This document shows, piece by piece, positions 18,301-28,098 of a stretch of 64,000 nucleotides of DNA (its first letter is position 1; each line of letters opens with the position of its first letter). The notes beneath the pieces were generated by a model. That model was not told the DNA's origin. It did no database searches and saw nothing but the letters and a program-made list of their open reading frames with translations. Position numbers and translations under genes: made by a program. This stretch comes from a virus (taxonomy: Duplodnaviria > Caudoviricetes), in the IMG/VR virus record IMGVR_UViG_3300005076_000003, positions 1 through 64,000 of that record. One strand, given 5' to 3'.

Positions 18301-21289
18301 TGGTGGAAAGCTGACAGAGGAACAGAAAACTCTAGCGGATGCTGTATTACAACAACAGTTGAAACTAAAAGCTCTTGAAAGAGAGAAAGAGTTGCTGACC
18401 AATCTTAATACGTTGGAAAAGCAAAAGAATGCATTCGTTGTCGCACAATCTAGTAGTTATTATAAGTTAGCTCAGAATATAGCAATTGCCAATAAGGTTG
18501 CAGCAAATACAGACATGACTACTGCTCAAGCTAGACGTTTAGTTGAAGCAGAAGAATTGTTAAACTTTGAGAAAGAGATGTCTTCTCTTAAAATGCAAAC
18601 TTATATTCTAACTCTCAACGAAAGCGATGCTGTTAAACAATTACTAAGTAACTACACAACCTTAGACAGTGTACAAGTTGGACAATATGATAGGCAACAG
18701 AAGCTTCTTGCAATTGCTAAAGAGTTGTCTGCGGAAGCTGAAAAGCAACGTAACAATCCTATTGGTGACTTTAGTAGCGTTGATTTTAATGTGTTTGGTG
18801 ATTTTGGTAATCCGTTTGAAGCTGCGCTAAATGGTCTGAATGAGTTTGTGACTAAGACTCAGGAAAGTCGTGGTTTATTGGCTTCACTTGAGAAAGATAT
18901 TACTGCTGCTAAACAAGCTGGGTTAGATGTTACGAACTTAGAGTTGGAAAAGGTACAGTTATTAACTAAACAGGAACAGGACAGAAGTAAGGCTGTTGAT
19001 CAAGGAATTACAAGCACTTTATCACTAACGAAGTCAATGTTTAACGAGGAAAGTAAGGGTTATAAAGTAATTAGTAAGTTAGAAAAAGCTTACCAAGCAT
19101 CTAAAATCGCCTTTGCTCTTTGGGAAAAGAAAGACGCTATCGCCACCTTAGCTCTTGAGTTAAAAGGTATGTTAATGAATGCTGCAACTTTTGTCTCAAC
19201 AACAGCAACTAAACTTGCTGCACAAATGGGATTCAACGTTGCGAAAGGTACTGAAGCTGTATTAACTCAAGGTGGTGGTGATCCATACACAGCGTTCCCT
19301 CGTATGGCTGCAATGGCTGCTGCTGTAGCTGCTTTAGGTATTGCTATTGGTAGTATCTCTGGTGGTAGTACAGGAAGCTTCACTGCTTCTAACTCTGGAA
19401 CAGGAACAGTCTTTGGTGATTCAGAGGCTCAATCTACCAGCATTGCTAATTCGATTGAATTGTTATCTGAAAATAGTGACTTGATGCTCCCATTAACCAC
19501 TTCAATGTTACGTTCTTTAAGAAATATTGAAAGTAGTGTTGGAGGTGTTACAAACCTAATCCTTCGTCAAGCTACTGGTGGAAGTTTCAATGTTTCTAAT
19601 GGGTTCACTCAGAATGCAATTGGTGGATTCCTTGAGAAAGCTGGTAATTCGTTCTTTGCAAGTATTGGTGACTTCTTAGGTGTCAACAAGATGCTTGGTG
19701 GTTTACTGGGAAGTTTGTTTGGTTCTAAAACATCTATACAAGGTCAAGGTTTATTTGGCGGGGCACAGAGTTTAGGTAACATCATGTCAGGAGGTTTTAA
19801 TCTTCAAGAGTACATTGATGTTGAAACTAAGAAGAAGACGTTTGGTATCACAACATCTGTAAAGAATAGTACACAATTCTCCGCTGCTAATAAAGAGTTA
19901 GAGAAGCAGTTTACATTAATCTTCTCAGGGTTCTACGATTCAATTCTATCTGCTACAGATATTCTTGGTGCAAATACTAACGAAGTTAAGAACAAGTTAC
20001 AAGCTGCCATAATCAATATCGGTAAGATTGATTTGCAAGGTTTAAATGGTGAACAAATCCAAGAGAAGCTAGAAGCTGTTTTTGGTGCTGCTGCTGATAA
20101 TCTTGCACAACAAGGTTTTGCTGGTCTAGATGCTTTCCAGAAAGTTGGTGAAGGTTACTATGAAACTCTGATACGTGTAGCTTCTGCTGTTGATGAAGCA
20201 ACATATTACACAGAACGTTTAAATGTAACCGCTGTTGACTACACTGACATCTTGAATAAACAAGGTGATGTAGCTGCTGAGATTGTTCGTCAGTCTGTAC
20301 TGTTAAACAATAGTACAAAAGACATCAAAGGTGGCTTCTATGATTTAGTTAATTCTTTTGATGGTACAGCAAGTGAATTGACAGACTTTGTTCTGACACT
20401 GAAAGACTTACAAGATCAGTTGTTTATGACTGGTAAGAATGCTGACTATTTAACATCATCAATGATTCTCGGTGCTGGTGGTTTAGACAGCCTAGCTAGT
20501 GGTTTAGATGCTTATTTTGAAATGTTATCTCCTGCTGAACAAGCTGCTGAGTTGACACGTAGATTGACAAATGAGTTTGCTATCTTTGGTAAGGAATTGC
20601 CAGCAGATGTCAAAGCATTTAGAAATTTAGTGAGCAGTATTGATATTAGCACAGAAGCTGGTCAAAAGCTTTATGGTCAAATCATTGCGTTAGCTCCTGA
20701 GTTCAACGATCTTCAAGATGCTATTAAGAATGCGAATGGTGATGTGAATGCTCTTGTGCAATCTCTACGCGATTTAGCTGAACAAGCTAGAGCTGCTAGA
20801 GGTGAAACAGAACAACCACGTAACTTAGCTTACCTTCGTAATGAGTTCCAGAATGCTTCTGCTTTAGCTCTACAAGGCGATACGGAAGCTGCTGCTAGAC
20901 TTATTACTATCGGCAAAGACTTGATGTCTATGAGCAAGCTATACTCTGTAACAGGTAGTGATTATGCTAAAGACTTAGCCTTCATTCAAGGTATCGCAAC
21001 TGTTGTAGCTGACATTCAAGAGTCTGGCTTAGGAACTTCAATTAGTCCTGATCTAACACCCTCTACTGGTACGGGAACAACTACACCAACTGTTGAGACA
21101 GTTAATAACTCAACAGATGCTCGTTTAGATGCGCTTTCTGAGAAGTTAGAAGCGGGGTTATTTGCTATTGCTAAGTATGCTCAAGTTACAGCAACTAAGT
21201 TAGAGAATTGGGATGATGGTAATCGTATCATGGTTGGTATTCAACCTGAGAATGGTGACATACCTGTTCCAGTTAAAATCACATTATAA
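15377..21289 (+). CDS. Tape measure protein (1970 aa)
   Basis: Tape-measure domain (ADEYTAIQNRM..QFSQAMASGKLAGDEFRSISE), Ala-rich coiled coils. Confidence 0.95.
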   Translation: MDLVKIGFQINANGLKDANTEVDKLLNKVDNIGAKGKKASSEFVDGQKKVKDSLGKTKKGTEDVLGAQNKQIDAYKKLLNLEQTRAKYISQGFGKTDATRISRMEIGGADTTTLNNYKKAIEETNKAAQALRPSFDKVTESHNKFLDSIKGIAVYAALSAVIYGVMTATTNLAVATVKMADEYTAIQNRMKLYISDAKELTKINSQLAQSSIENNVGLRETATLFTRLAPSMQKLGANTAAITTVVDAFGKSMRIGGATAMEAASATIQFSQAMASGKLAGDEFRSISEASPRFLKAIAEGSGIAADKLKEMSSAGMLTTQVISKALLKEYPKLIEENKKLGATLEQGANALKTGFLVAIGEFNEGAGITKAMGEAMMDLASSMLTGAQNARQFGKDINTWFTNNADTISLVVDAFKLLATVIAVRYVTAVILATKESIRYQMTLISMAAQQSNVTRSATLMTTAINGVGAAMKGVLRFFGGWAGLALTVVGVASSYLLMRDNVAQANAKLVEQSEFANKAATELSKLTTEQKKNAGFKLTLDINEASANLENVQSRYVALVQVMSKTSWTGKLSKDINAVTKAVSNGTMSFDEATRKLLEMGAISEEHAQKLSKQATLYNEAANSAGLLGKAAQALGVDFKLGGNEAQNATPAIVGLKDQTKLLGDEATITGSKINKMADDFKKAASDSRATIAVMKQYNLDATFAEKLVKSSQTRFNASQGNIDSTLERIKKAEKLLNSLDSANPARATIQQTLDNAKESLRVAQQAVNIGKAADIRSLAPLAQDAQAAQEAISDLTASRKKSDKDEDKLLDKIKKATESYQEQVGYVGRLQYLLKQGVDYEVAKIVAEKEYSRYIAGNSLAMEIVQSKQQQARIDYLASLSIEEELQGRINALLKIGATYDQARTLAESKFADNAEGRAALGQMITNTLFTQNQQLDDMISQQASINGYLEKGKTLEQATMEVTKARLQMIAGGKLTEEQKTLADAVLQQQLKLKALEREKELLTNLNTLEKQKNAFVVAQSSSYYKLAQNIAIANKVAANTDMTTAQARRLVEAEELLNFEKEMSSLKMQTYILTLNESDAVKQLLSNYTTLDSVQVGQYDRQQKLLAIAKELSAEAEKQRNNPIGDFSSVDFNVFGDFGNPFEAALNGLNEFVTKTQESRGLLASLEKDITAAKQAGLDVTNLELEKVQLLTKQEQDRSKAVDQGITSTLSLTKSMFNEESKGYKVISKLEKAYQASKIAFALWEKKDAIATLALELKGMLMNAATFVSTTATKLAAQMGFNVAKGTEAVLTQGGGDPYTAFPRMAAMAAAVAALGIAIGSISGGSTGSFTASNSGTGTVFGDSEAQSTSIANSIELLSENSDLMLPLTTSMLRSLRNIESSVGGVTNLILRQATGGSFNVSNGFTQNAIGGFLEKAGNSFFASIGDFLGVNKMLGGLLGSLFGSKTSIQGQGLFGGAQSLGNIMSGGFNLQEYIDVETKKKTFGITTSVKNSTQFSAANKELEKQFTLIFSGFYDSILSATDILGANTNEVKNKLQAAIINIGKIDLQGLNGEQIQEKLEAVFGAAADNLAQQGFAGLDAFQKVGEGYYETLIRVASAVDEATYYTERLNVTAVDYTDILNKQGDVAAEIVRQSVLLNNSTKDIKGGFYDLVNSFDGTASELTDFVLTLKDLQDQLFMTGKNADYLTSSMILGAGGLDSLASGLDAYFEMLSPAEQAAELTRRLTNEFAIFGKELPADVKAFRNLVSSIDISTEAGQKLYGQIIALAPEFNDLQDAIKNANGDVNALVQSLRDLAEQARAARGETEQPRNLAYLRNEFQNASALALQGDTEAAARLITIGKDLMSMSKLYSVTGSDYAKDLAFIQGIATVVADIQESGLGTSISPDLTPSTGTGTTTPTVETVNNSTDARLDALSEKLEAGLFAIAKYAQVTATKLENWDDGNRIMVGIQPENGDIPVPVKITL

Positions 21290-21359
21290 GTAGATGGAGA
21301 GTTTAGGCTCTCCTGATACTCTTTAACACACTAGAGCATTTTAATATTGAGGAAATTAG

Positions 21360-22256
21360 ATGAGAGTTATTAAAAGTATAGTGACTACGGACGCTATTCT
21401 AACTTCTAGTAACATCCCAGAGGATGAATACCCCGATTGGGTATCTGGTACAAGTTACACTGCTCTGGATAAAGTTATTTATGAACACAAGATTTATGAA
21501 AGGATTATAACTGGTACTGGGACAACTCCTCCAAACATAGATCAAATTAATTGGTTAGATTTAGGTGCTACAAACAAATACAGAATGTTTGACAATATCA
21601 TTTCAAGTGTTAGTAGTCGAGTTGGTGGCATTGAGTTTACTCTTACGCCGAATCAGGTTGTTAATGGAATTGCTCTTTTAAACGTAAACGCTTCACTGGT
21701 TAGGGTTGTTGTAACTGATCCGATTGATGGTGTTGTATATGATCAGACTAAAGAGTTAAGAGCTTCAAGTGAAGTTATTGATTACTTCTCATACTTCTTT
21801 GCCCCATTAGTATCTCTAACAGATTTAAATACAGCAGTATTCTTAGACTTACCAAACAGACCGACAGCAACTATTACAGTATATATTAGCTCAGGGACAG
21901 GTTTAGTAGAGGTTGGTGAAGTTGTGTATGGTATTCAGAGTGTGGTTGGTAGAACTAACTATGGCACAGCTATCGGGATTAAATCTTATTCTCGCAAGGA
22001 GGTAGATGAGTTTGGTAAAGTTACGGTAATTAAAAGAAAGAACAGTAAGTATGCTGATTATGATGTGGATATTGACAACACAAACTTAGCTTTTGTTCAA
22101 AGGTTGTTCCAAGATATCGATTCGATTCCGTGTGTATTTATTGGGAATCCTGAAATGGAAGAATTGATTGTCTATGGTTTCTATAGCGATTTCAAATCAA
22201 CCATTAGTTTTCCAACAGTTAGTAAGTGTACGTTACGTGTAGAGGGGTTAATCTAA
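21360..22256 (+). CDS. Tail tip / distal tail-like protein with N-terminal carbohydrate-binding-like module
   Basis: YPDWVSGTSY..DKVIYEHKIYE and WLDLGATNKYRMFD; follows TMP. Confidence 0.65.
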   Translation: MRVIKSIVTTDAILTSSNIPEDEYPDWVSGTSYTALDKVIYEHKIYERIITGTGTTPPNIDQINWLDLGATNKYRMFDNIISSVSSRVGGIEFTLTPNQVVNGIALLNVNASLVRVVVTDPIDGVVYDQTKELRASSEVIDYFSYFFAPLVSLTDLNTAVFLDLPNRPTATITVYISSGTGLVEVGEVVYGIQSVVGRTNYGTAIGIKSYSRKEVDEFGKVTVIKRKNSKYADYDVDIDNTNLAFVQRLFQDIDSIPCVFIGNPEMEELIVYGFYSDFKSTISFPTVSKCTLRVEGLI

Positions 22257-22873
22257 TGTCAGCACCAAATGTAAATCCTTTACCTGCATCACCATCAAGA
22301 TTGAGCAGACCTAGTAATTTTGTTACCGAAGCTACAGTGTTCCTAGAGGCATTACCTACATATAGATCACAGGTTAATTTTTTTAACACATATATTAACT
22401 CCAATATTGTGAACAAGTATAATTTCGGGACAATACTTGGAATAAGAACTTTCCCTAACATATCACAAGTTCCAGCAAATGATATTATTTTCGACGGAGA
22501 TAATATTTCTTTTACTAGCGCCTTAGACAGTCTCTATAGTGCGTTAGAAGCGCACAGTTTAGTTATAAATTCTACAGGTGTTTGGTATGATTCCGTACTC
22601 AGTGAAGTGGGCTCTATTCCTTACGATTTAGATAAACCTATTACCTCAGGGGTGTCTCAAGCAATGACAAGGAATCAGAGTCGAGAAGATTTCAACGAAA
22701 CAGCTCAATTATTCACAACAACAAATCAAGATAATATTAACTCATTATTTCAAAGTATCTGGTATACCTACAGCACCTCATGTGGTGATAAAAGTTGTGG
22801 GTTAGTTACAGACACAACAATTATTTCTTTTTTAGATGGCGGTTCGGTTACTGACCACACTATTACTTATTGA
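22256..22873 (+). CDS. Tail tip protein
   Basis: PLPASPSR..NFVTEATVFLEALP N-terminal motif seen in siphoviral tip proteins. Confidence 0.55.
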   Translation: MSAPNVNPLPASPSRLSRPSNFVTEATVFLEALPTYRSQVNFFNTYINSNIVNKYNFGTILGIRTFPNISQVPANDIIFDGDNISFTSALDSLYSALEAHSLVINSTGVWYDSVLSEVGSIPYDLDKPITSGVSQAMTRNQSREDFNETAQLFTTTNQDNINSLFQSIWYTYSTSCGDKSCGLVTDTTIISFLDGGSVTDHTITY

Positions 22874-22880
22874 GGGTTAT

Positions 22881-23519
22881 ATGGCTTTACAATTTCAATT
22901 AAGACGCGGAACAACAGCAGAGACTAAATCATTTACAGGGGCTGTTGGAGAAGTAACAGTAGATACAACAAAGGATGTTGTTGTTGTTCACGATGGTGTG
23001 ACAATCGGAGGCTTCCCTGTTGCTGCACGAGCAAATGCTGACGGAACAATCAGTTTAATTAAGAAAGATGGTACATCTGCGGGAGAGATTAACGCATCAG
23101 GTTTATTTAATAACACATTAACTTCTACAAACACCAACCAAGCTGCAACAGCTGCTCAAGCTAAAATCTTGAATGATGGTAAGTTAGATAAATCAGCAAT
23201 TACAATAACAGGAAATCCTCCTGTATACGGATGTAGGGCTTGGGTAAACTTTAACGGGGCAACAGGCGCTATCCGAAATCAAGGAAATGTCATGTCGGTT
23301 GTACGTAATGGTGTTGGTAATTACACTATAAATTTTATAGTATCAATGCCTGACGATAATTACGCTCCACAAACAACAATGTCTCATATTGGAGCGGGAG
23401 CAGGCTTTGGTATAGTGTCACAAACAAATACATCGATCACATTGCAGGCAACATATGGGGGGGATAACACAATTGGTGTATTTGACCCATCGATTTGTTC
23501 TTTATCTGTGTTTTGTTAA
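22881..23519 (+). CDS. Short tail fibre (Mtd N-terminal-like domain)
   Basis: LRRGTTAE..FTGAVGEVTVDTTK..VHDG and CRAWVNFNG motifs. Confidence 0.8.
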   Translation: MALQFQLRRGTTAETKSFTGAVGEVTVDTTKDVVVVHDGVTIGGFPVAARANADGTISLIKKDGTSAGEINASGLFNNTLTSTNTNQAATAAQAKILNDGKLDKSAITITGNPPVYGCRAWVNFNGATGAIRNQGNVMSVVRNGVGNYTINFIVSMPDDNYAPQTTMSHIGAGAGFGIVSQTNTSITLQATYGGDNTIGVFDPSICSLSVFC

Positions 23520-23532
23520 TTAGGGAGCGATT

Positions 23533-23826
23533 ATGCAAGAAAATTTAAATGATGCGTGGGCTGTGGTATTAGAATATTGGTTTTTAATAGCAGCGCTTAC
23601 AACAACATTCATTATGGCATTGATCCGTACAGCAAAGAAGAACGGTAAGATCGATTGGCTTGAGTCGGTGATGTGTGCTTTATTTACTTATGGGATCTGG
23701 TTTGTCCTGACATGGTTGAATCTACCTGAAGGTATTGGTGTACTTATTGGTGGTTTGGTGGGGTATTCAGGCACGCATATTACAAGTAAGTGGTTGTATA
23801 AAAAACTTGGTATTGATTTAGAATAA
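23533..23826 (+). CDS. Holin
   Basis: 97 aa, 2-3 TM segments, upstream of endolysin. Confidence 0.85.
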   Translation: MQENLNDAWAVVLEYWFLIAALTTTFIMALIRTAKKNGKIDWLESVMCALFTYGIWFVLTWLNLPEGIGVLIGGLVGYSGTHITSKWLYKKLGIDLE

Positions 23827-23850
23827 AAAGGTTAATTTAGAGGAAATAAA

Positions 23851-24414
23851 ATGACAAATAAAACTTATATTATTACGAATACAAGTGGACATTCTGAAAA
23901 AGATAGTGGTGCTGTAACAAAGAAAGACGGTAAGTTAATTAAAGAGGCAGATTTAGCAGTTAAATTCCGTAATGCTGTCTTGCACTACCTACAACAAGAT
24001 AAGAGTATTATCACACGTACAGACGGCTATGGAAAAACAAACCTTAGTTTAAATGACGCAGCTAAATTAATAGAGGGTGCAGATTTAAGTATCGAGTGGC
24101 ATCTAAACGCATCAAGTAATCCTACTGCTACAGGTGTAGAGACAATCGCTCTACCTGAAGACAAAGTATTAGCTCAAAAGATTTCATCTGTTGTGGCGCA
24201 AGCTTTTGAGTTGAAGTTACGAGGACAGGACGGGTGGATAGATCAGTCAGAATCGGCTCGTGGTAAATTGTTATTTGTAAGCAAAGGAGGTCTTATTGGA
24301 GAGCTTGGTTTCATCAGCTCAACTAAAGACTTAGAAGCTTTTGAATCTCGTTACTGGGTTGCAGCTAAAGCTGTGGCAGAAGTGATGATTGAATACGTTA
24401 AGAATAAGAAATAA
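23851..24414 (+). CDS. Endolysin, N-acetylmuramoyl-L-alanine amidase (Amidase_3)
   Basis: GH..D.GA, E, SIEWHLNA..ATGVE, IGELGFI Zn-amidase motifs. Confidence 0.92.
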   Translation: MTNKTYIITNTSGHSEKDSGAVTKKDGKLIKEADLAVKFRNAVLHYLQQDKSIITRTDGYGKTNLSLNDAAKLIEGADLSIEWHLNASSNPTATGVETIALPEDKVLAQKISSVVAQAFELKLRGQDGWIDQSESARGKLLFVSKGGLIGELGFISSTKDLEAFESRYWVAAKAVAEVMIEYVKNKK

Positions 24415-24431
24415 CAAAAGAGGTAATAATT

Positions 24432-25007
24432 ATGAATGTATTACTTATATTAAGTGCATTAAAGAAAGGATGGGAATATACAAAAGGGTTCTTAGCTTTA
24501 GCTGTGAAATATTGGTACATTGTAATCATTACCCTTTTACTTGCTATCGCTACTTCTTTAAGACATGATGTTAAAACTCTTAATGCTGAGAAAGATGTAC
24601 TAAATAGTAACATGGTTGCTTTAGTACAGAAGCAGAAAGTAGATTTACTTGAAGCTCAAAAGAAAGCTCAAGAGAAAGAAATTGAGATACTAACTAAACA
24701 AAAAGAAGTAGAGGTTAAATACAATGAACAAATCAAAGCTCTCAGCAATGATGTTATTATTGCTCGTAATTCCGCTAACAGCTTGTCAAAGCAACTTGCA
24801 GACAACGCCATTAAATTGTCCACAGCTTCCAAAACAGAAGTTGACGCTTACAACAAGTCCATCTCAGTCGTACTCGAAGATAGCACAAGAAAATATCTCG
24901 ATATGGCAGGAGAAGCTGACGCTAAAAGATTAGCAGAAGAACGGTGTGTTGGTTTATACAACGCTTTAGTGGATGTAGATAATCCTGATACAAATAATAA
25001 AGAATAA
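24432..25007 (+). CDS. i-spanin (Rz)
   Basis: N-terminal TM plus periplasmic coiled coil, one Cys near the C-terminus. Confidence 0.85.
   Translation: MNVLLILSALKKGWEYTKGFLALAVKYWYIVIITLLLAIATSLRHDVKTLNAEKDVLNSNMVALVQKQKVDLLEAQKKAQEKEIEILTKQKEVEVKYNEQIKALSNDVIIARNSANSLSKQLADNAIKLSTASKTEVDAYNKSISVVLEDSTRKYLDMAGEADAKRLAEERCVGLYNALVDVDNPDTNNKE
24724..24933 (+). CDS. o-spanin (Rz1) embedded in Rz
   Basis: Lipobox LTAC after a hydrophobic leader; Pro/Cys-containing; alternate frame within Rz. Confidence 0.88.
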   Translation: MNKSKLSAMMLLLLVIPLTACQSNLQTTPLNCPQLPKQKLTLTTSPSQSYSKIAQENISIWQEKLTLKD

Positions 25008-25255
25008 CAATAATAAGAAATGAAAAAGGAAACTATTAAAGTTTCCCCTCTCCTCGCCTGACAGCTAATCACTGTTGGGTTTTTATGGCTTACGTTATCG
25101 CTTAATAAAACCCTAGCATCGTCAATATCATACTTCTCAACACAATAGTGCAAAGCTTCACCACCATACAATACTTCAATATAAGCTTCCGTTACTTTGA
25201 CAACTTCACCTAAGTAACCTTCAACCTCTACCATATCACCATGTTTAAATTTCAT
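24848..25255 (-). CDS. Hypothetical SH3/KOW-like protein (3' end uncertain)
   Basis: MKFKHGDMVEV start with GGAG RBS; C-terminal half runs through the terminator into Rz. Confidence 0.45.
   Translation of the reverse strand: MKFKHGDMVEVEGYLGEVVKVTEAYIEVLYGGEALHYCVEKYDIDDARVLLSDNVSHKNPTVISCQARRGETLIVSFFISYYCYSLLFVSGLSTSTKALYKPTHRSSANLLASASPAISRYFLVLSSSTTEMDLL
25023..25046 (-). terminator. Terminator between convergent late and replication blocks
   Basis: GGAAACT/AGTTTCC stem with T5 tail on the - strand. Confidence 0.6.
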
Positions 25256-25279
25256 TTCATTTCTCCTTTATAGTGAAAA

Positions 25280-25570
25280 CTATATTATCCGATGCAAGTC
25301 TTTCAGCGATAAACCTTGCTCATGTAAAACTTCATCTAGCATTTTTAGCACATAATCCGAAGTCACCATATCACCGTAACATTCACCATTACTATTCCAA
25401 AAAGCTTTATCAAGTATATTCTCACCAAGAACAAGAGTGTAGTCTTTGATTTCATTAAAACCAACACCATTAAAACACTCTAAAACTTCTTGTACATCAC
25501 AACAGTCAAACCAAGCAAAACACGAATATTTATCGCTGACATCACCTACAGACACAACATATTTACTCAT
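25280..25570 (-). CDS. Hypothetical protein
   Basis: ORF with AGGAG RBS in operon. Confidence 0.6.
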   Translation of the reverse strand: MSKYVVSVGDVSDKYSCFAWFDCCDVQEVLECFNGVGFNEIKDYTLVLGENILDKAFWNSNGECYGDMVTSDYVLKMLDEVLHEQGLSLKDLHRII

Positions 25571-25587
25571 TTTATTTCTCCTTTAAA

Positions 25588-25833
25588 TTAATCATACTTC
25601 AAATATGTATCTTTCAACTGCTTTCTCAAACTTCTAACAGAATTAGCATAGAAAGTGCAGTCAATAGTTTTAATATACTCACCGTTATCTTCATAATACT
25701 TTGAATAATATGTTGTTGCAATATACAAACTATTTACTCTAAGGGAGGTAATGATTTCAATATTAATTGAGTTGTCAACCTTTCTTAGAATAGGGTAGCT
25801 TGCGTTATAAAACTCTTGTAACTTGTTACTCAT
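25588..25833 (-). CDS. Hypothetical protein
   Basis: ORF in operon. Confidence 0.55.
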   Translation of the reverse strand: MSNKLQEFYNASYPILRKVDNSINIEIITSLRVNSLYIATTYYSKYYEDNGEYIKTIDCTFYANSVRSLRKQLKDTYLKYD

Positions 25834-25844
25834 TGTCTTTCCCT

Positions 25845-27755
25845 TTAAATTTTACCAATAATTAAATAACCACGTACACCATTTCTTGATGTACTCTTTA
25901 CAGAGTAAACACTCTGAACATCGGTAGCCTTAGCCGTGCACTTAGCACTTAATTTATCATAAGCACATTTAACTAAATCTTTTAACTCTTTAAAACTGTA
26001 AAAAGTATTGTGTTTAAGTTTAATAGTTTTTAAAGCCGTCTTTTGTGCTTTCGATTTCTGATCGACACCAACAGCTTTATTAAACTTAGCCTTAGTTTTT
26101 GTCTTATGAAAATGCGTTGCTTTAATTGCTTCAATACCTAACACATCAACATAAGATTTAAACTCACCATCTAAAGATAACAAGACTTCCATCTTTTTAC
26201 TAACATCTTCTTTAACTGAATCATCTATTTTCAATAATTCATATAAGTCGTAATACTCCATAGCAAGCTCTTTGAAATTTAACTTCTTCTCCATCTTAGC
26301 TAAATCTTCAAGTTTAATATCAGGTATTTGGTAGTTATCTGTTTCGGAAAACAACTCTAGTTTATCCTCTAACACAGTCTTATCATCATCAACCATAACA
26401 TTAACATAATCAGCATTTAAAGCAGCATAACTAATACACAAACCATAAACGGCATAATCATTTGTTTGCGCTTCACCATCAACTTCTAAGAAGTAAGGAC
26501 TGCTGTTGAAATCAATCTTCATACTTTTTAACTTGTCTAAAGTATATCGTTGTTCCATATCTTTTGCAATAGCTAACTCATTCTTAACGTACTCCTCGTA
26601 ATCTTCTTCACTTAAAGAAACACCACTAAACTCATCATTCCATAAGAACACAGCTTCTCTTTTAACAAGTGGGTTTTGGTTACGACATCTTCCTGCAATC
26701 TGCTGTATGTCTGTACTAATATCAATCCTTGTGTGGTGCTTACTTCTGTTCTTAACATCTGAAATAATGTAAGTATGGGCATCCTCAACACAAAAATCTA
26801 AACCTTCAAAAGCATATTTAGTACAGAACTGGACTGGTTTGTTTCTTGGATTTAACGTAGTAACACCATCAACATTTTCTTTATACAAAGGTCTTTCAGG
26901 TTTCCACTCAGCACCTAACTGCTCTTTTAGGTATGTTCTGTTTCTATCATTATCAGCACAAATTATCTTAATATCTTTATGTGTTAAACCTCTAGCTTTA
27001 ATTAACTGCTTAACACAAGGAATAATTCCCCTTAAAGAGTTATAGAAGAATAATGGTGTACCTTCTGTATCTAAATGTCTCAAAGCAATCGCAACCACTT
27101 TAGAAGTCACATCACCTTTCATCTTAGCCTTCTTAATGTGCATAACACTACTACCTTCCCACACTAAACGGATATACTCTAGTTTAGCTACTTCAGGTGG
27201 AAAGTATTTTCTAGGTGTTGGTGTAGCAGTCATAAAACACACAGATTTAAACTCATCTACTAATCTAAATAATTTAGTTACTACAACAGGTTTAAAGGTA
27301 TCTGATGCTTTTAATAATACTTGAAGTTCATCAACCAACAATTTAAAGTCTTTAACACTAGCACCTAGAACATCAATAACTCTTGGCAAACTATCGTAAG
27401 TTACCATAATCTTAATAGGTTGTTGTGTTAATCTTTTAATATTAATACTGTTTTCTATATCTTTTATAGAAACATCTGCATATACTGGAATCAAATTCTC
27501 ATGCTGTTCTGATTTGTTAATAATTAGCTCAACACTACCAACAGCTATAACATAATTCTCATCATCGGTTATGGCTAGAGAAGTTCCTCCAACACCTGCA
27601 ACAGATTTACACAAGAATGAGTTATCAGGTAGAGTGCTAAAAACTTCACTCATGTATTTGTATTCTTTAGGTATGTTAATTACAGTTTCAACACCTGTGT
27701 CAGTATCTACTTTTGCTTGGTTTAAGTGAATACCTTGTTTAACGAAGTCTTTCAT
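25845..27755 (-). CDS. SF2 helicase-like / putative origin-binding protein
   Basis: KSVAGVGGTS, VTYDS, LVDELQ, FMTATP, QQIAGRCR motifs. Confidence 0.7.
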   Translation of the reverse strand: MKDFVKQGIHLNQAKVDTDTGVETVINIPKEYKYMSEVFSTLPDNSFLCKSVAGVGGTSLAITDDENYVIAVGSVELIINKSEQHENLIPVYADVSIKDIENSINIKRLTQQPIKIMVTYDSLPRVIDVLGASVKDFKLLVDELQVLLKASDTFKPVVVTKLFRLVDEFKSVCFMTATPTPRKYFPPEVAKLEYIRLVWEGSSVMHIKKAKMKGDVTSKVVAIALRHLDTEGTPLFFYNSLRGIIPCVKQLIKARGLTHKDIKIICADNDRNRTYLKEQLGAEWKPERPLYKENVDGVTTLNPRNKPVQFCTKYAFEGLDFCVEDAHTYIISDVKNRSKHHTRIDISTDIQQIAGRCRNQNPLVKREAVFLWNDEFSGVSLSEEDYEEYVKNELAIAKDMEQRYTLDKLKSMKIDFNSSPYFLEVDGEAQTNDYAVYGLCISYAALNADYVNVMVDDDKTVLEDKLELFSETDNYQIPDIKLEDLAKMEKKLNFKELAMEYYDLYELLKIDDSVKEDVSKKMEVLLSLDGEFKSYVDVLGIEAIKATHFHKTKTKAKFNKAVGVDQKSKAQKTALKTIKLKHNTFYSFKELKDLVKCAYDKLSAKCTAKATDVQSVYSVKSTSRNGVRGYLIIGKI

Positions 27756-27785
27756 TAGTGTTCCTTTACTTATTACATTAACTTA

Positions 27786-27815
27786 ATTATAACTTTTCTT
27801 AGTAGAGAATGTCAA
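27786..27815 (-). promoter_or_regulatory. Sigma70-type promoter
   Basis: TTGACA-18-TATAAT on the - strand. Confidence 0.7.
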
Positions 27816-28098
27816 TAAAAAATGTAAAATATTAACACAAAATATTGACATTCAGCTTATGAAAAGATTGTAAAAACTGTTTGTGTTTAAGTAAATAAAA
27901 AGAGGTACTACCTAAACAGATAATACCTCTATTGTGCCACTTAATCTCGTTATACTTCAACATTAGTGACATCATTAGTGACCTAACTAGTTCCTCCTAA
28001 TTCTTTCTCATAACAAATACCTTGTTCATCTTCAATAGCAGACATTGTTGGTGTACCTGTTTTCTTAACTGTTACATTACTCATTTAATTAATAATCC

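Noticed and set aside
22881-23519. Diversity-generating retroelement acting on the Mtd-like fibre
   Set aside because: No reverse transcriptase and no template/variable repeat pair seen in the window
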